Assembly (NCBI GenBank): GCA_964016885.1 | Contig: OZ024743.1 | Span: 233,058,001-233,122,000, forward strand | Length of the DNA stretch: 64,000 nucleotides | Source: Eledone cirrhosa | Taxonomy: Eukaryota | Direction: 5' to 3' | In this document: positions 1-12,749 of the stretch, in pieces | Position numbering within the stretch: the stretch's first letter is position 1 | Layout of the letters: the number at the start of each line of letters is the position of its first letter | Translations under genes and position numbers: made by a program | The notes under the pieces: generated by a model | What the model saw: the letters and a program-made list of their open reading frames with translations, nothing else | Told to the model about the DNA's origin: nothing | The model's database searches: none

Positions 1-317
1 ACCTACATATAAATACACGAATGTTCGGAGACGTAAGTCAACTAAAACAAGAAGTACACATATACACACACCCACCATACGTACGAACCTGCATACTCAC
101 GCAGACGCAAAACTCCCGTATACACATAGCCAAACCCTAAATACCAGAATATGTAAAAATTATACGCCATAACAGTCAAATATACGTACGAGAAGGTATA
201 CATACCTTCACAAAACATACGGGTAATATATACTTACCTATGCAAATAAGTAAAGGAATAAACAAACATATACTTAGCTCCCACATCAAGACGTAAAATA
301 TCCACGTATAGATCGTG

Positions 318-2445
318 CTATCCGTTAGGGTATAACGTGGGGCTGTAATACAGGAAAGTTTTGTGCAATTTATGTTTACAAGCCGAAATTGCCTCAGATT
401 TTTTGTTTAAGATGTGGTCTGTGGCGTAGTGTATTTCCAGGGCCTCAGCGGTGCAGAGGTCACATGGTCTTTTATTTCCGTTATACGATCTCGCCCTAGC
501 TAGGATCTCCCACTGTAACTTATATTGGATGTGGTTGTCTTTTAGACTCCAGATATGAGCTGAAAGTGACGTCATATTCCTTCTTAGAGGGTAACGAAAA
601 GAATAGGTATGCATGTAAAGACGCTGCTTGAAACTATTGGCGGTTAACCCTATGTAGGCCCTACGGGACGTGGGTGTTACAACCTTACATTTGTAGACAA
701 TGTTACTAGAGAGGCATTTCCCGGATAGGGGGCAATCAGCCGATTCCTACAATTAGAGTTAGTACTAACTACAGGGTTGCACGTGTTCCTACGGCTAGGT
801 AGTTTAGCTAAATTTGAAGCTGTGATGTTATGTGCAAGGTTAGGAGTCGTAGAGTAAGAAATTTTAATAGTATTTCTATTAAAAATGTTACTATATTTAT
901 GTGTAGGGGGAAATGCTTCGTAATAAGGGAAAGAAAGATCTTAGCTAATGGTGTGGCCACCACCATATTATATGGTGGGTTAAACCAACAAATGCGACGG
1001 GATCTATTTCTTCTAGGTCTATTTTCGTACTCAGTATATGCTACCTTATCGACAAATCCACTTCGAGCAAGAGCTTCATTGTAATAAGTGGAATGGTCGT
1101 TGAAAATGTGCTCGTTGGTGGAAAGACGGGAAAGCCTCAACGAAACGTTTTTTACCAGGTTCTTGGTTATGCTGGCAGGATGGTTGGAATGCTTACTTAT
1201 GTAATTAAGCGTATCATTCGGCTTTCTATACGGGTAATACAACCCATTCAATAAATTGAGGGTAACGTCGAGGTAATTAACGACCGAGAGATTGGCCTCA
1301 ACCTGTATAGAGAGGTTGAAGCCTTTAAAGAAGGCTGTGAGTTCTTTTCTGAACCTGTCGCAAGCACGAGGTCCGCACTTAGTCATGGTCAAAAGACCAT
1401 CGTCACGGTACAAACCACCGCCTGCGTTGGGGAATTCGTCCTTGATAGAGAAAAGAAGGAAAAAGCCAATAAGATCAGTAACCTCCGCAGAGTCACTGGC
1501 GCCCATACTCACGTCGAATGGGGTACTATTGGATTTTTTAATCCAAATAGAGTCGTCGAAATTAATCACCGACTTTCGGGCATTAAGGATGACATCAACT
1601 TCAAAATCCTTAACCACTGTGAGTGTTTTAGCGAAATTGATAACTCTAAGGAGAAGTGGTAAAGTGATGGAGGAGTAGTAATTGTTGATGTCGAATTGGA
1701 TAAAATGGCAATGTTCCTTGTTACATATGCCGTTGAACCAATCAATCACCGCGAAAGAATTGTTCCACAGTGCGAGAGGGGCCAAACTTCTAATTTCAGG
1801 TATAATTCTATCAAGAATCGTTTTACTAAGTCTACCTAAATCGGACTTCGTAGGGTTAATAAACCGAATAGAGGGGTTGTTCGGAAAATTGGATTTGTGA
1901 TCCTTCAGGGTAAAGTGGGGAGAGATAGGGTCCAGAGGTTCGGTCCGGTCCAGGATGTTGAGATCAGATGTGATTTTAAACCCAGCATCGTTGATTTCAT
2001 TGATGACGCACCGATTAGTTTTACAGTAATCCTTAGTTACAGCATTATGTAGTAGTTGATGGTAAGTACTGCGCTCCACTTGATATAGGTTGCCAGTTTT
2101 GTCGGAATGGACGTGCACGGCGTTAGAATCCTTAATAGAACGAATTCTATTCTTCAGGTCTTGCTGGAAGGAATTGCTCCTATTCCGAAATTTGATATTC
2201 CGAATAAGTTCCAAGACATCATTTTCGAAGGGTAGCAATGCTGGGTTCCACGGAGGGTTATTATAGGTTTTAAATCCAAATTTATCCTGTTTGTTGTCTG
2301 CTTTTCGCGGATTATCGAAATAAAAGGCACGCCAAAGCAACCTTTTAATGAACGCGTCTGTTTTCTGTATCAGGAGTTTTAGGTATGTTTTCCTGCTTGG
2401 TACGGGTATGTTCTTTGTAGAAATATTCAGATGTTGTTTCTGCAT
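318..2445 (-). pseudogene. PLE reverse transcriptase plus GIY-YIG endonuclease, two frameshifts (about 905 and 742)
   Basis: Motifs DKTG, TLKDHK, FIQFDINNYYSSI, MGASDSAEV, LYRDDGL, NYLDVTL, YRKP..SNHP and WFNPPY. Manual translation across the shifts gives NCR..CPLSGKCL, NIVY..YIGLT (GIY-YIG), then the 318-614 ORF with CDLC..E..LNKKSE..C.H. Confidence 0.9.
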
Positions 2446-3330
2446 GATGAATATAAGTCAGTAGAGTGCTCAACCGAAGGAGCCAAATAGTAATAATAAT
2501 AAAATTGAAGACTAAAATCCAAAGAGGGCTCGATAAGGAAAATATATATCAAATATATAAGAACCGTAGAGCAAATATTTATTAAAATGACAGATTAAAG
2601 TTTAAGCAAAGAATCGCTGCTTTCACCCTTAACGGTATCTTCTGAAACTAACAAAGTCAATCTGTAAACGCAGAACTGGATATTTCAAAAAACGTTGCAA
2701 CCGGAGGAAGACAGGAAGACAATACTTTGGTTCGTGGTAACGTTCGCTGGCAAAGAACGGGAAAAAACGAATAATACGTCATTAATAGGAGCGGTGAAAA
2801 ACAATTACGCGCAAAGACAGAACCACGTTTATGGTATAAAAGAGGTCGTAGACTAATGTTCTCTTAGGTGGTGAATAGAGACGTTCTCTGGCAATGAACG
2901 AAAAAACTAAGATAATAAGTCATATAGGGTTTGGCTATGTGTATACGGGAGTTTTGCGTCTGCGTGAGTATGCAGCTTCGTACGTATGGTGGGTGTGTGT
3001 ATAAGTGTACTTCTTGTTTTAGTTGACTTACGTCTCCGAACATTCGTGTATTTATATGTAGGTATGCGTGTGCGCTTGTTATATACGTATTTATTTACTT
3101 ATATACGTTTATATAATGATTTATTTATTTGTACACAAGCATACACACACACACATATTTATATGTGCGTGGTTTTGTATACCTATGGTAAGGTTTTGCG
3201 TATGCTTGTGTATGTACGTATCTGTTTGCGTGTATGTATTTATTTGTTTCTATTACTTCTGTATTGTATTTATTTACTTTGTTCTTAACTCTGTAACGGA
3301 GATTCATTTGGTCTCCTAGTTAGAATTTTA

Positions 3331-3600
3331 GTCTACGACTTCTGCTTACCATTTACGTGATTTTGTCTTTGCGTGCTATTGTTCTCCACGCTCCACATAT
3401 GACTTATTATCTTCGTTTTTTCGTTCATTGCCAGAGAACGTCTCTATGCACCACCTAAGAGAACATTAGTCTACGACCTCTTTTATACCATAAACGTGGT
3501 TCTGTCTTTGCGCGTAATTGTTTTTCACCGCTCCTATTAATGACGTATTATTCGTTTTTTCCCGTTCTTTGCCAGCGAACGTTACCACGAACCAAAGTAT
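3331..3600 (+). repeat. Two diverged tandem units (138-bp period) inside the PLE pLTR
   Basis: GTCTACGAC..CCAT..ACGTG..TGTCTTTGCG..ATGAC.TATTAT..CGTTC.TTGCCAG.GAACGT starts at 3331 and again at 3469. Confidence 0.75.
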
Positions 3601-3886
3601 CGTCTTCCTGTCTTCCTCCGGTTGCAACGGTTTTTGAAATATCCACTTCTGCGTTTACAGATTGACTTTGTTAGTTTCAGAAGATCCCGTTAAGGGTGAA
3701 AGCAGCGATTCTTTGCTTAAACTTTAATCTGTTATTTTAATAAATATTTGCTCTACGGTTCTTATATATTTGATATATATTTTCTTTATCGAGCCCTCTT
3801 TGGATTTTAGTCTTCAATTTTATTATTATTACTATATATTATATATATATATTATATATATATTATATATATATATATAATATATA

Positions 3887-4035
3887 TTTGACGCATAGAG
3901 TTACGGCCCTTACCATTCTCAGTTCAAATCCCGCCGAGGCTAACTTTGCCTTTCATCCTTACGGGGTAGATAAAATAAAGTACCAGTAATGCACTGGGTA
4001 ATTGCTGGCCTTGTGCCAAAAGTAGAAACAATTAT
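3887..4035 (+). mobile_element. tRNA-derived SINE (family A), 5'-truncated
   Basis: B-box GTTCAAATCCC, core CCGAGG.TAACTTTGCCTTTCATCCTTACGGGGT.GATAAAATAAAGTACCAG, tail GCCTTGTGCCAAAAGTAGAAACAATTAT. Confidence 0.85.
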
Positions 4036-4059
4036 ATATATATATATGATATATATATG

Positions 4060-4144
<85 letters not shown>

Positions 4145-4363
4145 TAAGTTAAAAATGTACATCTACATATGCATACTGAAATACTAGTATGCATATGAAT
4201 ACACACACGTATACATATGTAGATGTAACAAGTCTTTCACTGGTTACTTTACTGTGAGTAACCCAGCTATTATGTATGTAAACACACAGACAAACCGGTT
4301 TTTAGAGTCATACTGGTTTTCGAGGAAACACCTTTCCTCTATTCTCCAGAAAGCCAGACAAGG

Positions 4364-4408
4364 AATATTGAACTAGTTTCGTTGTTGTTACAACTCATCA
4401 GCAATATT
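4364..4408 (-). ncRNA. Minimal type-I hammerhead ribozyme, canonical core
   Basis: Minus strand reads AATATTG CTGATGA GTTG TAACAA CAAC GAAA CTAG TT CAATATT: 7-bp stem I, 4-bp stem II, palindromic ACTAGT stem III and a GUU cleavage triplet. Confidence 0.85.
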
Positions 4409-4588
4409 TACCTATCTACCGGCCTTTCTGGAGAATCGTAAAAGCACATATCGTTATATGCTTTTTCTATGAAAATTAGTAATGGGCAGACTAATTTGCA
4501 TAGAAAAAGCATATAACATATATATATATATAAAAGAAAATAGAGAAATTAATGTGAGCAAGAAGCCAACAGTAATTCATATATAACG

Positions 4589-4626
<38 letters not shown>

Positions 4627-4662
4627 TTTAAAAGAATAGAGGTGTAACACACGAGTTGTGAT

Positions 4663-5126
<464 letters not shown>

Positions 5127-5355
5127 CTTTCATCTAAATACGTAACCATCTATATAGAGAAATATATTTGAAATAGGAATTATCAAATAGAATGTTTAAC
5201 TGGATAGATACTGGGCCTCCCAAAGAGAAATCTTCCCTTTGAGCTCCTCTCAAAATTCAAGTGAGTTGAGTTTCGTTTTTTTTTTCTGCAGAACGAGTTA
5301 AAATATTCACTTTGCTCTCCAGGCAATTAGCCGATATCTCGGGTGCCCCCCCCCC

Positions 5356-5387
<32 letters not shown>

Positions 5388-5390
<3 letters not shown>

Positions 5391-5539
5391 GGAAAATGTT
5401 CAAGACCCCGACGGCAGAGCTCAAGCCGTTTCGTCCAGAAATAGCCGTCGAAACGGTTCGAGCTATGCCGTCGGGGTCTTGAACATTTTCCTATTATCCA
5501 CTCTACTACCCTAAGTATTGAGTACTCTGGTGCGTTATG
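5388..5539 (+). mobile_element. Fold-back hairpin element carrying the 3' half of a hammerhead (copy A)
   Basis: The short arm is the reverse complement of the long arm. GCCGTC GAAA CGGT..GCCG TC GGGGTC at about 5444-5478. Homologous to the copies at 21168, 25791 and 26022. Confidence 0.75.
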
Positions 5540-5736
5540 CAGCTTCATATGCAAATGAGATTAATCACCTCATTTACACAGACGAGAAAACTATATGTTC
5601 TCGGCAGTTTTCAAGTCCAGCAGTCGCAGAGCAGTGGGAGGGATTGTCCTAACGATGGCAAGTCAAGCCTGAAATGCCTAGACGGTTGTCCCCCTTGCTT
5701 CTGCTGGACAACACCAGATGGTGTTGCCCCCCCCCC

Positions 5737-6630
5737 CCTACCACAAACCCAACGAGAATCTAAACTATGTCAACGCAAAGTCGAACCACCCTAGAATAGT
5801 CACTAACGGTATTACCAAAAGCGTCTCTAGTAGAATTTCAGGACTATCTTCCAATGTAGATACCTTTAATAAGATCTCGAATTACTATAATAGCGCCCTG
5901 GAACGCGCGGGGCATAGCGAGGGAATCTCATTCAAACGTCCATTAAATAGTAGAAGCAACATTGCCTGCGATAGCTTAGGCCTAAATAGTGACACTCTAG
6001 TTAACAGCAGTCGTGATACGAGGGAGGATTTATATAGACTTAATGTTGTATTGCCGCCTAGTCCCAATGCTGTTGGTACCAATAGAAACAACCACCCAGG
6101 TACTAACACGGGGTCTGAGCAACGTAACGCCAGCGGTAACTCTAATGGTAACCTAAATTGTGGAACCGATAAAACTACCGTTGAACGCAGTATGGAGCGA
6201 GGGTCAAGTAAGGGGAATAGGGACAGTTGTAGAAGACGCATAGTGGATGCAACGCCGGCTATCGAGGGTGGTCCCAATGTCCGCACGGGGGGAGGTACAC
6301 CGCCCTGGAGACCTGGGACGATTCCGAACACAATCGTGACACCCCAGGACACCATCGACCCACAGGTAATTTCCAGTTACAATAGACCAGTAACTACTAG
6401 GGAGACAGGTAATTCTAATATAGTTAGTAAGAACAAGAGGCATCGGACCAGAAAAGTTCTGTGGTATAATCCCCTTACTCCACTGGCCTGACCACTAGTA
6501 TAGCTAAGCTTTTCTTTAGGGCCTTAGACAAATGCTTCCCTAGATCGCACAGATATTACAAAAAATTCAATAGAAATACCATCAAGCTGTCCCACTCCAC
6601 AACTAGTAACATAGCTCAGAATATAGCTAA
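5737..6630 (+). pseudogene. Second Naiad-type PLE, RT thumb/linker fragment
   Basis: PYHKPNENLNYVNAKSNHP..SVSSRISGLSS..YYNSALERAG..RKVLWYNP, then after a frameshift FNRNTIKLSHST. Collinear with the C-terminal part of the 808-2445 ORF. Confidence 0.85.
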
Positions 6631-7181
6631 GTTCTAGGATGGAAGGGTTCGGTTTTATCCTCAATACCCAGTTTAGTCATGACGCTATTGGCCTCCGTGT
6701 TAATTAAATCCAGGTTGGCCCCTGTAGTTTTTCTGTAGCTTTTTCTAAGTTCTCTAGTTATCAAATCGTCATAAGTTACTCTATCCATATCGTACAGGTT
6801 GTTAGTCTTGTCTGCGTGCACCAAAATGCCGGTCGAGTTCTTTAATTTTACTAGATCACCATTCAGTCGTCTTAGGTAGCTTTTTCTCCTGAGGGTTTTT
6901 TTCCTAAACTTAAGGTTGGACACTATGTTAGACATTTCAGTCTCGAATTCTTCCAAGTATTTATTGTGTGGTGGATTTCTTCTGGATTTGAATATTTCCT
7001 CGATGCCGCGCCTTCCCTCCCTGGGGTGGTTTGTTGGTGTTTCTCTGTCGAAGTGGAAGGCCTTCCAACGCATTCTACGGACAAAGGAATCCGATTTACC
7101 TATGGCCAACCTTGTGAGTTCTTTTATGTTAGGCAAAGGGATGTCCTTAAGTGAAGAGTTCACCGAGAATTTCTCCATCAT
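6627..7181 (-). pseudogene. Naiad-type PLE ORF N-terminal fragment, inverted relative to 5737-6630
   Basis: SLKDIPLP..FVRRMRWKAFHFD..FETE..ADKTNNLY, homologous to the N-terminus of the 808-2445 ORF. Confidence 0.85.
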
Positions 7182-8145
7182 ATTCCTTGCTTAACAGCAT
7201 TAAGTGCTCAACAAAATTAGGAGCTTTAAGTTGGATTTTACTATCCTGTGTTTTTTTAATTCACCTTCTGTGTTGGATAACACACCTCCACCACTCAAAC
7301 AACTATCTCAAAAGCTCATTGGGTCATATGACGGGAAATCGCACTTACGTACGCATTTACCCAATACCCAACCCTACACGGAGCCCTTTGCTGGCCTACA
7401 TTGCGGTTGCTTGCACGCACGGATGTGGTGACTCGGATTCTCAATGGGACAGCATTACATACTGAGTTCGATATGAGCTGATTGCTTGCTCTTCACATGG
7501 ATGTGTATATACCCGGACATACCCTTTTTTGGACGATTCGGATGTGTATATACCATAACATACACTTGAAGATATGGATGTTACAATTCAATCTATACAC
7601 GTATAGCAGAACACTGAACTGAACTTACTTGTTTGTGTGTGTGTGGGGGGGGGGGGGGGGGGGTTAACCCAATATTTCCAATTTACATCGTCAAATTGAG
7701 ATTTGACCAATATAGCTTCTGTTGTTTTGTGAACTAACTTTCGTGAGTGCTGTGTTGGTACATTCTTATATTTGTTTCCTTATATTTGTTTTTTCTCGGA
7801 CATCGCTTCGGTGTGTGTGCGAGTGTGTGTGTACCCACCTACACTAACTCTACAGGTTTAATACTGTGTTGATGTGTGTATATATATGTATATATTTTTC
7901 TTTGACTTCGAGCCGGCGTATGTGAGTGTGGAATATGTGTGTACCCACTCACATTAACTGTGAATGACTGTATCCCTACAGATTTGATTGATGTCCAGCG
8001 TCTTTTGCAGCGATAGAAATCTGAAAACTTTTATGACCTCAATTGAAGTTAATAGCAGTCGCCGTGTCTCTGACTTGTGTGTCTTCATATGAGGGAATGA
8101 AGTTATTTTTCTCCCTCATATCAGGAATTTGAAGACAATTCATTT

Positions 8146-8219
8146 TCACCTGATGAGATCAGTGATAACCGATGATGACTTCACGATCGATCTATCTCAT
8201 ATTGAAACATGTGTCGTGA
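8146..8219 (+). ncRNA. Type-I hammerhead motif in a PLE pLTR-like segment (about 7400-8390)
   Basis: TCAC CTGATGA GAT..(long stem II)..ATT GAAA CATGTG TC GTGA, with palindromic ACATGT in stem III. Predicted cleavage after C8215. Confidence 0.7.
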
Positions 8220-8391
8220 TTAAATGATTGGAATTTTACCTTGCCTTCGGATTTTCATTTTGATACTTATACTCCGTTTTACATCTTCTAGCTGTTCCCT
8301 TGAATGGAATTGGAGATATACAAAAGCGCGGAGAACTTAATATTGCTAACATAAAGTTATTGGACCATTTTACACAACCAATAATGCACCT

Positions 8392-8522
<131 letters not shown>

Positions 8523-8569
8523 TAATAATAAGTATGGACGAGATGTCAAATTTTCATTAAGTTTATTCA

Positions 8570-8660
8570 GGTGTGATGCGCATTTCACGATTGATCAGCT
8601 CACGGTTCGATCTCTATCGATCGGGCCCGACTCTGGAATCAAAAGCTCATCAGAATTATC
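8570..8660 (-). ncRNA. Degenerate type-I hammerhead motif
   Basis: Minus strand CTGATGA GC..TTGATT..GATCAA..GT GAAA TGCGCA TC. Core and palindromic stem III are intact but stem I pairs poorly. Confidence 0.5.
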
Positions 8661-9754
8661 CAAGCATCTTTTGTTCGTTGTCTACCTTTGGGTCTACTGT
8701 CGGTATGTTTTGCTCGTAAACTCTATCTAACGATTCTTTCCTTAGACATTCTATCCACATCTCCGTAGTAGCGGTGTAATAACTATCATCTGATTTTCTT
8801 AGTACGAATATTAACACGTTACTTTACCTTTTCACAACCAGAAATAGTTTTAAAATTATAGTTTTTCTCAGATTTTCTAATAAACGCTCTTGTCACTCCG
8901 AAATATTTATTATTCAATTATGTAAGTCGCCAACGAATGTATATTATGCAAATTAAATTGTCCATTTCAGTTCAGTTTTGTTTTCTGTGTGATATATTTA
9001 GTGAATTACTCTGTGTTCACGTTATAAGTAGAGGCATAAGGATATTTGTCTTCTGATGAAAAACCAAGTAACTGTAAAATATACCAATGCAATCCATCTA
9101 CTTTTGAACGATAAGAATAACAGAATGTTTTCACATTGTTTACATTTTCGCAGCATAACTTATTAATTAAACTTAAGCCGATCTGCCAACCTCTAAAACC
9201 CAAACGGGGAATACCATGAAAAAAAATGCCCCAAAACGGGAAGAAATGAAGCAAAATGTGGAGATTTTATATAATGAAAGCTATACCCATTTCCACAAGA
9301 GAAGACATCTCTTACCCACCCGGAAGTGGACGAGAGATCTCCCCATCGAACGGGGAGGGGTGACAGGTCTGCTTAAGGTTTTGCCTGGCTCAAGATCTCC
9401 AACTCAATTCCGAAACAATTTTCTCGGCATCATATTTTTAATATCCAGTATGTAGTGGACTGTATCGCACATTTCTAAACATTTTTGTCTTCCTTTATTT
9501 CATTCGATATCCAAATACTATCATCAGGTCCTGAATAATCTCCCTCACCTCCCCCGCTTATATTTTTTTCTTACTCCCTCCACTCGCTTATTATTTCCGG
9601 CTAAATTTTATTGTAAGTGATTCATATTGATAAGCAGCTGAAGAATCTAATTTATAATTTTCTTTTACATTGAAAAAAAACATTACATTATATTATATTA
9701 TGAAAAGATCATTACAAGAAATCCCATATTTACGAACGTACACTATACAATTAC

Positions 9755-10174
9755 CGATTGCCCCCGTCCCGTTTATAAGAATTTAAGCAAAAATCAGGGT
9801 TGAGAGGCAAGTGCTGTCTTCTAGTAAGTTCGTTGAAAGGTGGGGGAAAGTGGCGAGTCTGGTACGAGTGAATGGGCCCGCACTGAGTATAGGCCTGTAG
9901 ACTGAGGAGTGGTGGGGAAAGTGAGAGAGGGCGCTTGCCCTGGTGATCAGGGTGACCGTAATCTTTTGTGTGGTTTTCACCACGAGTGACCCTTGAAGGT
10001 TTCCCCCTTCTTGGGGAATTTTTGTTGTTTGAATTTTTTTGGATTTCTAGCCCGATTTTGTTATAACCTGTTTCACGACCAAAACCCACTTTGTATCGTC
10101 CTGTAGTGTTCTGTGTCGTCTCTCGTGTTTTTCTTTGTGTCAGCCCTTGTGGCCAATAAAGAAACCATTATTAT
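9755..10174 (+). mobile_element. 3' stub of a Tx1/L1-clade LINE
   Basis: Encodes KIRVERQVLSSSKFVERWGKVASLVRVNGPALSIGL*, matching the ORF2 C-termini at 16164, 35565 and 41477. Ends CCCTTGTGGCCAATAAAGAAACCATTATTAT. Confidence 0.85.
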
Positions 10175-10178
10175 ATAA

Positions 10179-10384
10179 GGGCGGTGGATTGACAGTATCG
10201 GTGGAGGGTCGGACGCCATGCTTTCCAGCATAGTTACGTCCCTTTACGATCTGAGTTCAAATCCCGCCGAGGTTGACTTTGCCTTTCATCCTTACGGGGT
10301 CGATAAAATAAAGTACCAGTAATGCACTGGGTAATTGCTGGCCTTGTGCCTAAAGTAGAAACAATTATTATTATTATTATTATT
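10179..10384 (+). mobile_element. SINE family A, full length, with (ATT)n tail
   Basis: Starts GGGCGGTGGATTGACAGTATCGGT (A-box-like), followed by B-box, core and tail. Confidence 0.9.
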
Positions 10385-10600
10385 GAATGCTATGGTTGAC
10401 GGAGGCTCGGCTCTGTAAGATATTGTAAATTTTGACCGCTATAACAATTGTAAATTGTTTAAAACTTTAACCAACTTGTAGACAAAAACACCCTCCTCCT
10501 CGTGAGAGGGGTCTTTCTGTCCGTTATTTGGCCCTTCGGGGTTAAATAACCGCTTATTGGGGTTTTGTGCCCAATATTTATTTTAAACAAAAAAAACAAC

Positions 10601-10971
10601 ATGGCTACGAAAAAGAATTTTCATAGGTCACTCCCACTCATTCCGTCTTCTTCTTCCTCAATCGTCACTACAGCAGAGAGAAGATTGTCTCTCTCCCTCC
10701 CTTCTCTAAATGTGTCTCTCTCCCTCCCTTCTCTTTCGCAAGCGACGCCAGAAAAGAAAAATGACGCGCAAAGCGTGCAAGATTTCTCCACGACGACAAC
10801 GACGAAAAAGGTGTGCGGGAAATACGAAAACCCATTTCATTCGTCTGACGTCAGGAATAATAGCAGTAGCAGCCGTAATAACAGCAGCAGCAGCAACAGT
10901 GACAAGGAAAACAACAGTAGCAGCCGCAACAGCATCAGCAGCAGCATAAACAACAACAGTATTAGCAGCAA

Positions 10972-11002
<31 letters not shown>

Positions 11003-12714
11003 CACAGCAACAGCGGCGGCGGCAGTAGTCGTAGTACCTGCAGCAACAACAAAAGTAACAGCAGCTCTGACGACAACAACAACAACAACAACAGCAACAA
11101 AGAAAAACCAATCTCGTTTGCAGGTATCGCAAAGAACCTGGAAACCATCCTCATAACAAATGAGGAATTAGAGGAAGCGAAGAAGATGGTGACGAAAACC
11201 GAACACCGAGCAATCTGCAAGGCAGCCGAAAAGTTTTTCGAAACCCAACAGCACTGTACGGTCACGTACCGTACAGTAAGCACAAAATCCCATAGGGTTG
11301 AAAGAGCCACAGAGGCTCAAATACAAAAAGCCTTAGGGTCTGTGTGGCAGCGGAAAAGGCACATCACCCGAGGCAAGAAATATGCCACCGTAGACGTGCT
11401 TTTTTCCACACCCCAGGAGGCGAAGGCTCAATCCTTAGTGACCCTAAGGAGCGAGGAAATGGTGTTGGTGCCCTCCTACTGCGGGCAAAAAATTGTGAGG
11501 GTCAAACTGACCCCCCCCCCCCCCGGGATGGCCCCTTCTTGGCTGGCCGCGTCTGTCCTCGTCGGAATCGAGGACAAAACAACTGTACTGCAAGTACAGA
11601 AAAAGTAAGAGAAAATTGGGTCGGCACCTCCATTGAGATGTTAATCAAAACCAACCAGGAGTGCATCGAAGCTATCCCGGATGTGATAGACTTCGATAAC
11701 GGCACTCAACTGCCCATAAGTGTTGAGGGCAAACGCCCGAAATGCTTTCGCTGTGGATCGAAGACTCACCTCAGGGCCTTCTGCAACGAGAAGACCCTGA
11801 GAAAGGAGAAAACACCCCTCCTTCCGAAACCGGCTCCACGGCTATCATCAACAGGACAAGCGGCAACCAGGAATGATAGCTCCGTGGCACCCATACCCAC
11901 GCCACGGAAATCAAAAACAGCAGCAGCAGTGGAAGTATTAACAACAACAACAGTAATACCAAATGCAGCTGCAACAGAGACTCCAGTGCAAACATCACCA
12001 ACAACAACAAGTGAAAGAGTGGAGCTGGTACCCCTCTCCGACCTCACAGAATCAGACATGGAGTGTGAGGTGGGAGGGATGGCAAAAGGTCGTAAGAAGG
12101 CACAAACGCAGAAGCAGCGCATCGTCGCCTTCGAAAAGGGAGGAAAGAAATGAAAAAAGGATAAAGGCTACTGCAAAGAGACTCACAGCAGCAACACCAC
12201 CAACACCACCACCACCCACACTAGCACCACCATCACCACCGGCGACAACCCCACCGCCAACAACAACAACACCTTCAACACCACCACCACAAGCACCAAC
12301 ATCGCAAACACACACACCCAGCAACAACGACAAGAAAATAGCAGAACCACACCCCACCCCCAGAAAAACAAATGCACGGCAATAAATACACACAACAAGA
12401 AACTAATGACTTACATAATTGAACACACAGACATTTCACAGCACGACTACATAATACCAGCACCAATCAAAACGCCAACTAAGATAAGACTGCTAAAAAT
12501 AGCACAGAAACAATACACAAACATTAAAACGAAATTCGCCAACGCAGTTGGTGATTTCAGAGACCTAGGAGGGACTCTCAACCGAAGAGTATATTCGGAC
12601 ATACTCATAGAAGAGCCGACGACCAGCCGAATGGACGATTCAACGGTCCCTTCACCAGACGATCAAGTGAAAAGGGATGGAAAAACCATCCTTTCTCTAC
12701 GAAAAGTACGGTAA
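10601..12714 (+). pseudogene. LINE ORF1 (Asn/Ser low-complexity region, zinc knuckle), frameshifted
   Basis: MATKKNF start at 10601, ISFA motif, VEGKRPKCFRCGSKTHLRAFC (CX2CX4HX4C). Breaks near 11605, 12150 and 12385. Confidence 0.8.
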
Positions 12715-12749
12715 GTGGTCTTTCCCATCTTTTCCACTCTATTTTAAAC

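Larger units (their letters stand above)
1..3835 (-). mobile_element. Penelope-like retroelement (Naiad-type) with truncated direct pLTR plus inverted pLTR; 3' end runs off the left edge
   Basis: RT-GIY-YIG ORF at 318-2445 (-). 2925-3063 is the reverse complement of 1-139 (3'UTR), and 2488-2923 is the reverse complement of about 3399-3835. This is the inverted 5' pLTR arrangement known for PLEs. The element ends in (TA)n at about 3835. Confidence 0.9.

Noticed and set aside
318-2445. Selenocysteine recoding, as reported for some Naiad PLEs
   Set aside because: The breaks here are frameshifts, no in-frame TGA was found at Cys positions, and no SECIS could be identified by eye.
3670-3715. Possible hammerhead in the first PLE pLTR (CAGAAGA TCCC GTTAA GGGT GAAA)
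   Set aside because: CAGA replaces CUGA in both pLTR copies and there is no convincing stem I or III.
5545-5730. Possible R4/Dong RT scrap (INHLIYTD..KLY)
   Set aside because: Too short and degenerate to call.
9040-9690. Isolated CTGATGA/CTGAAGA words at about 9053, 9521 (-) and 9638
   Set aside because: No correctly placed stem II, GAAA and stem III.
10179-10270. tRNA genes at SINE heads
   Set aside because: A/B boxes are present but continue into SINE core and tail; no complete cloverleaf.
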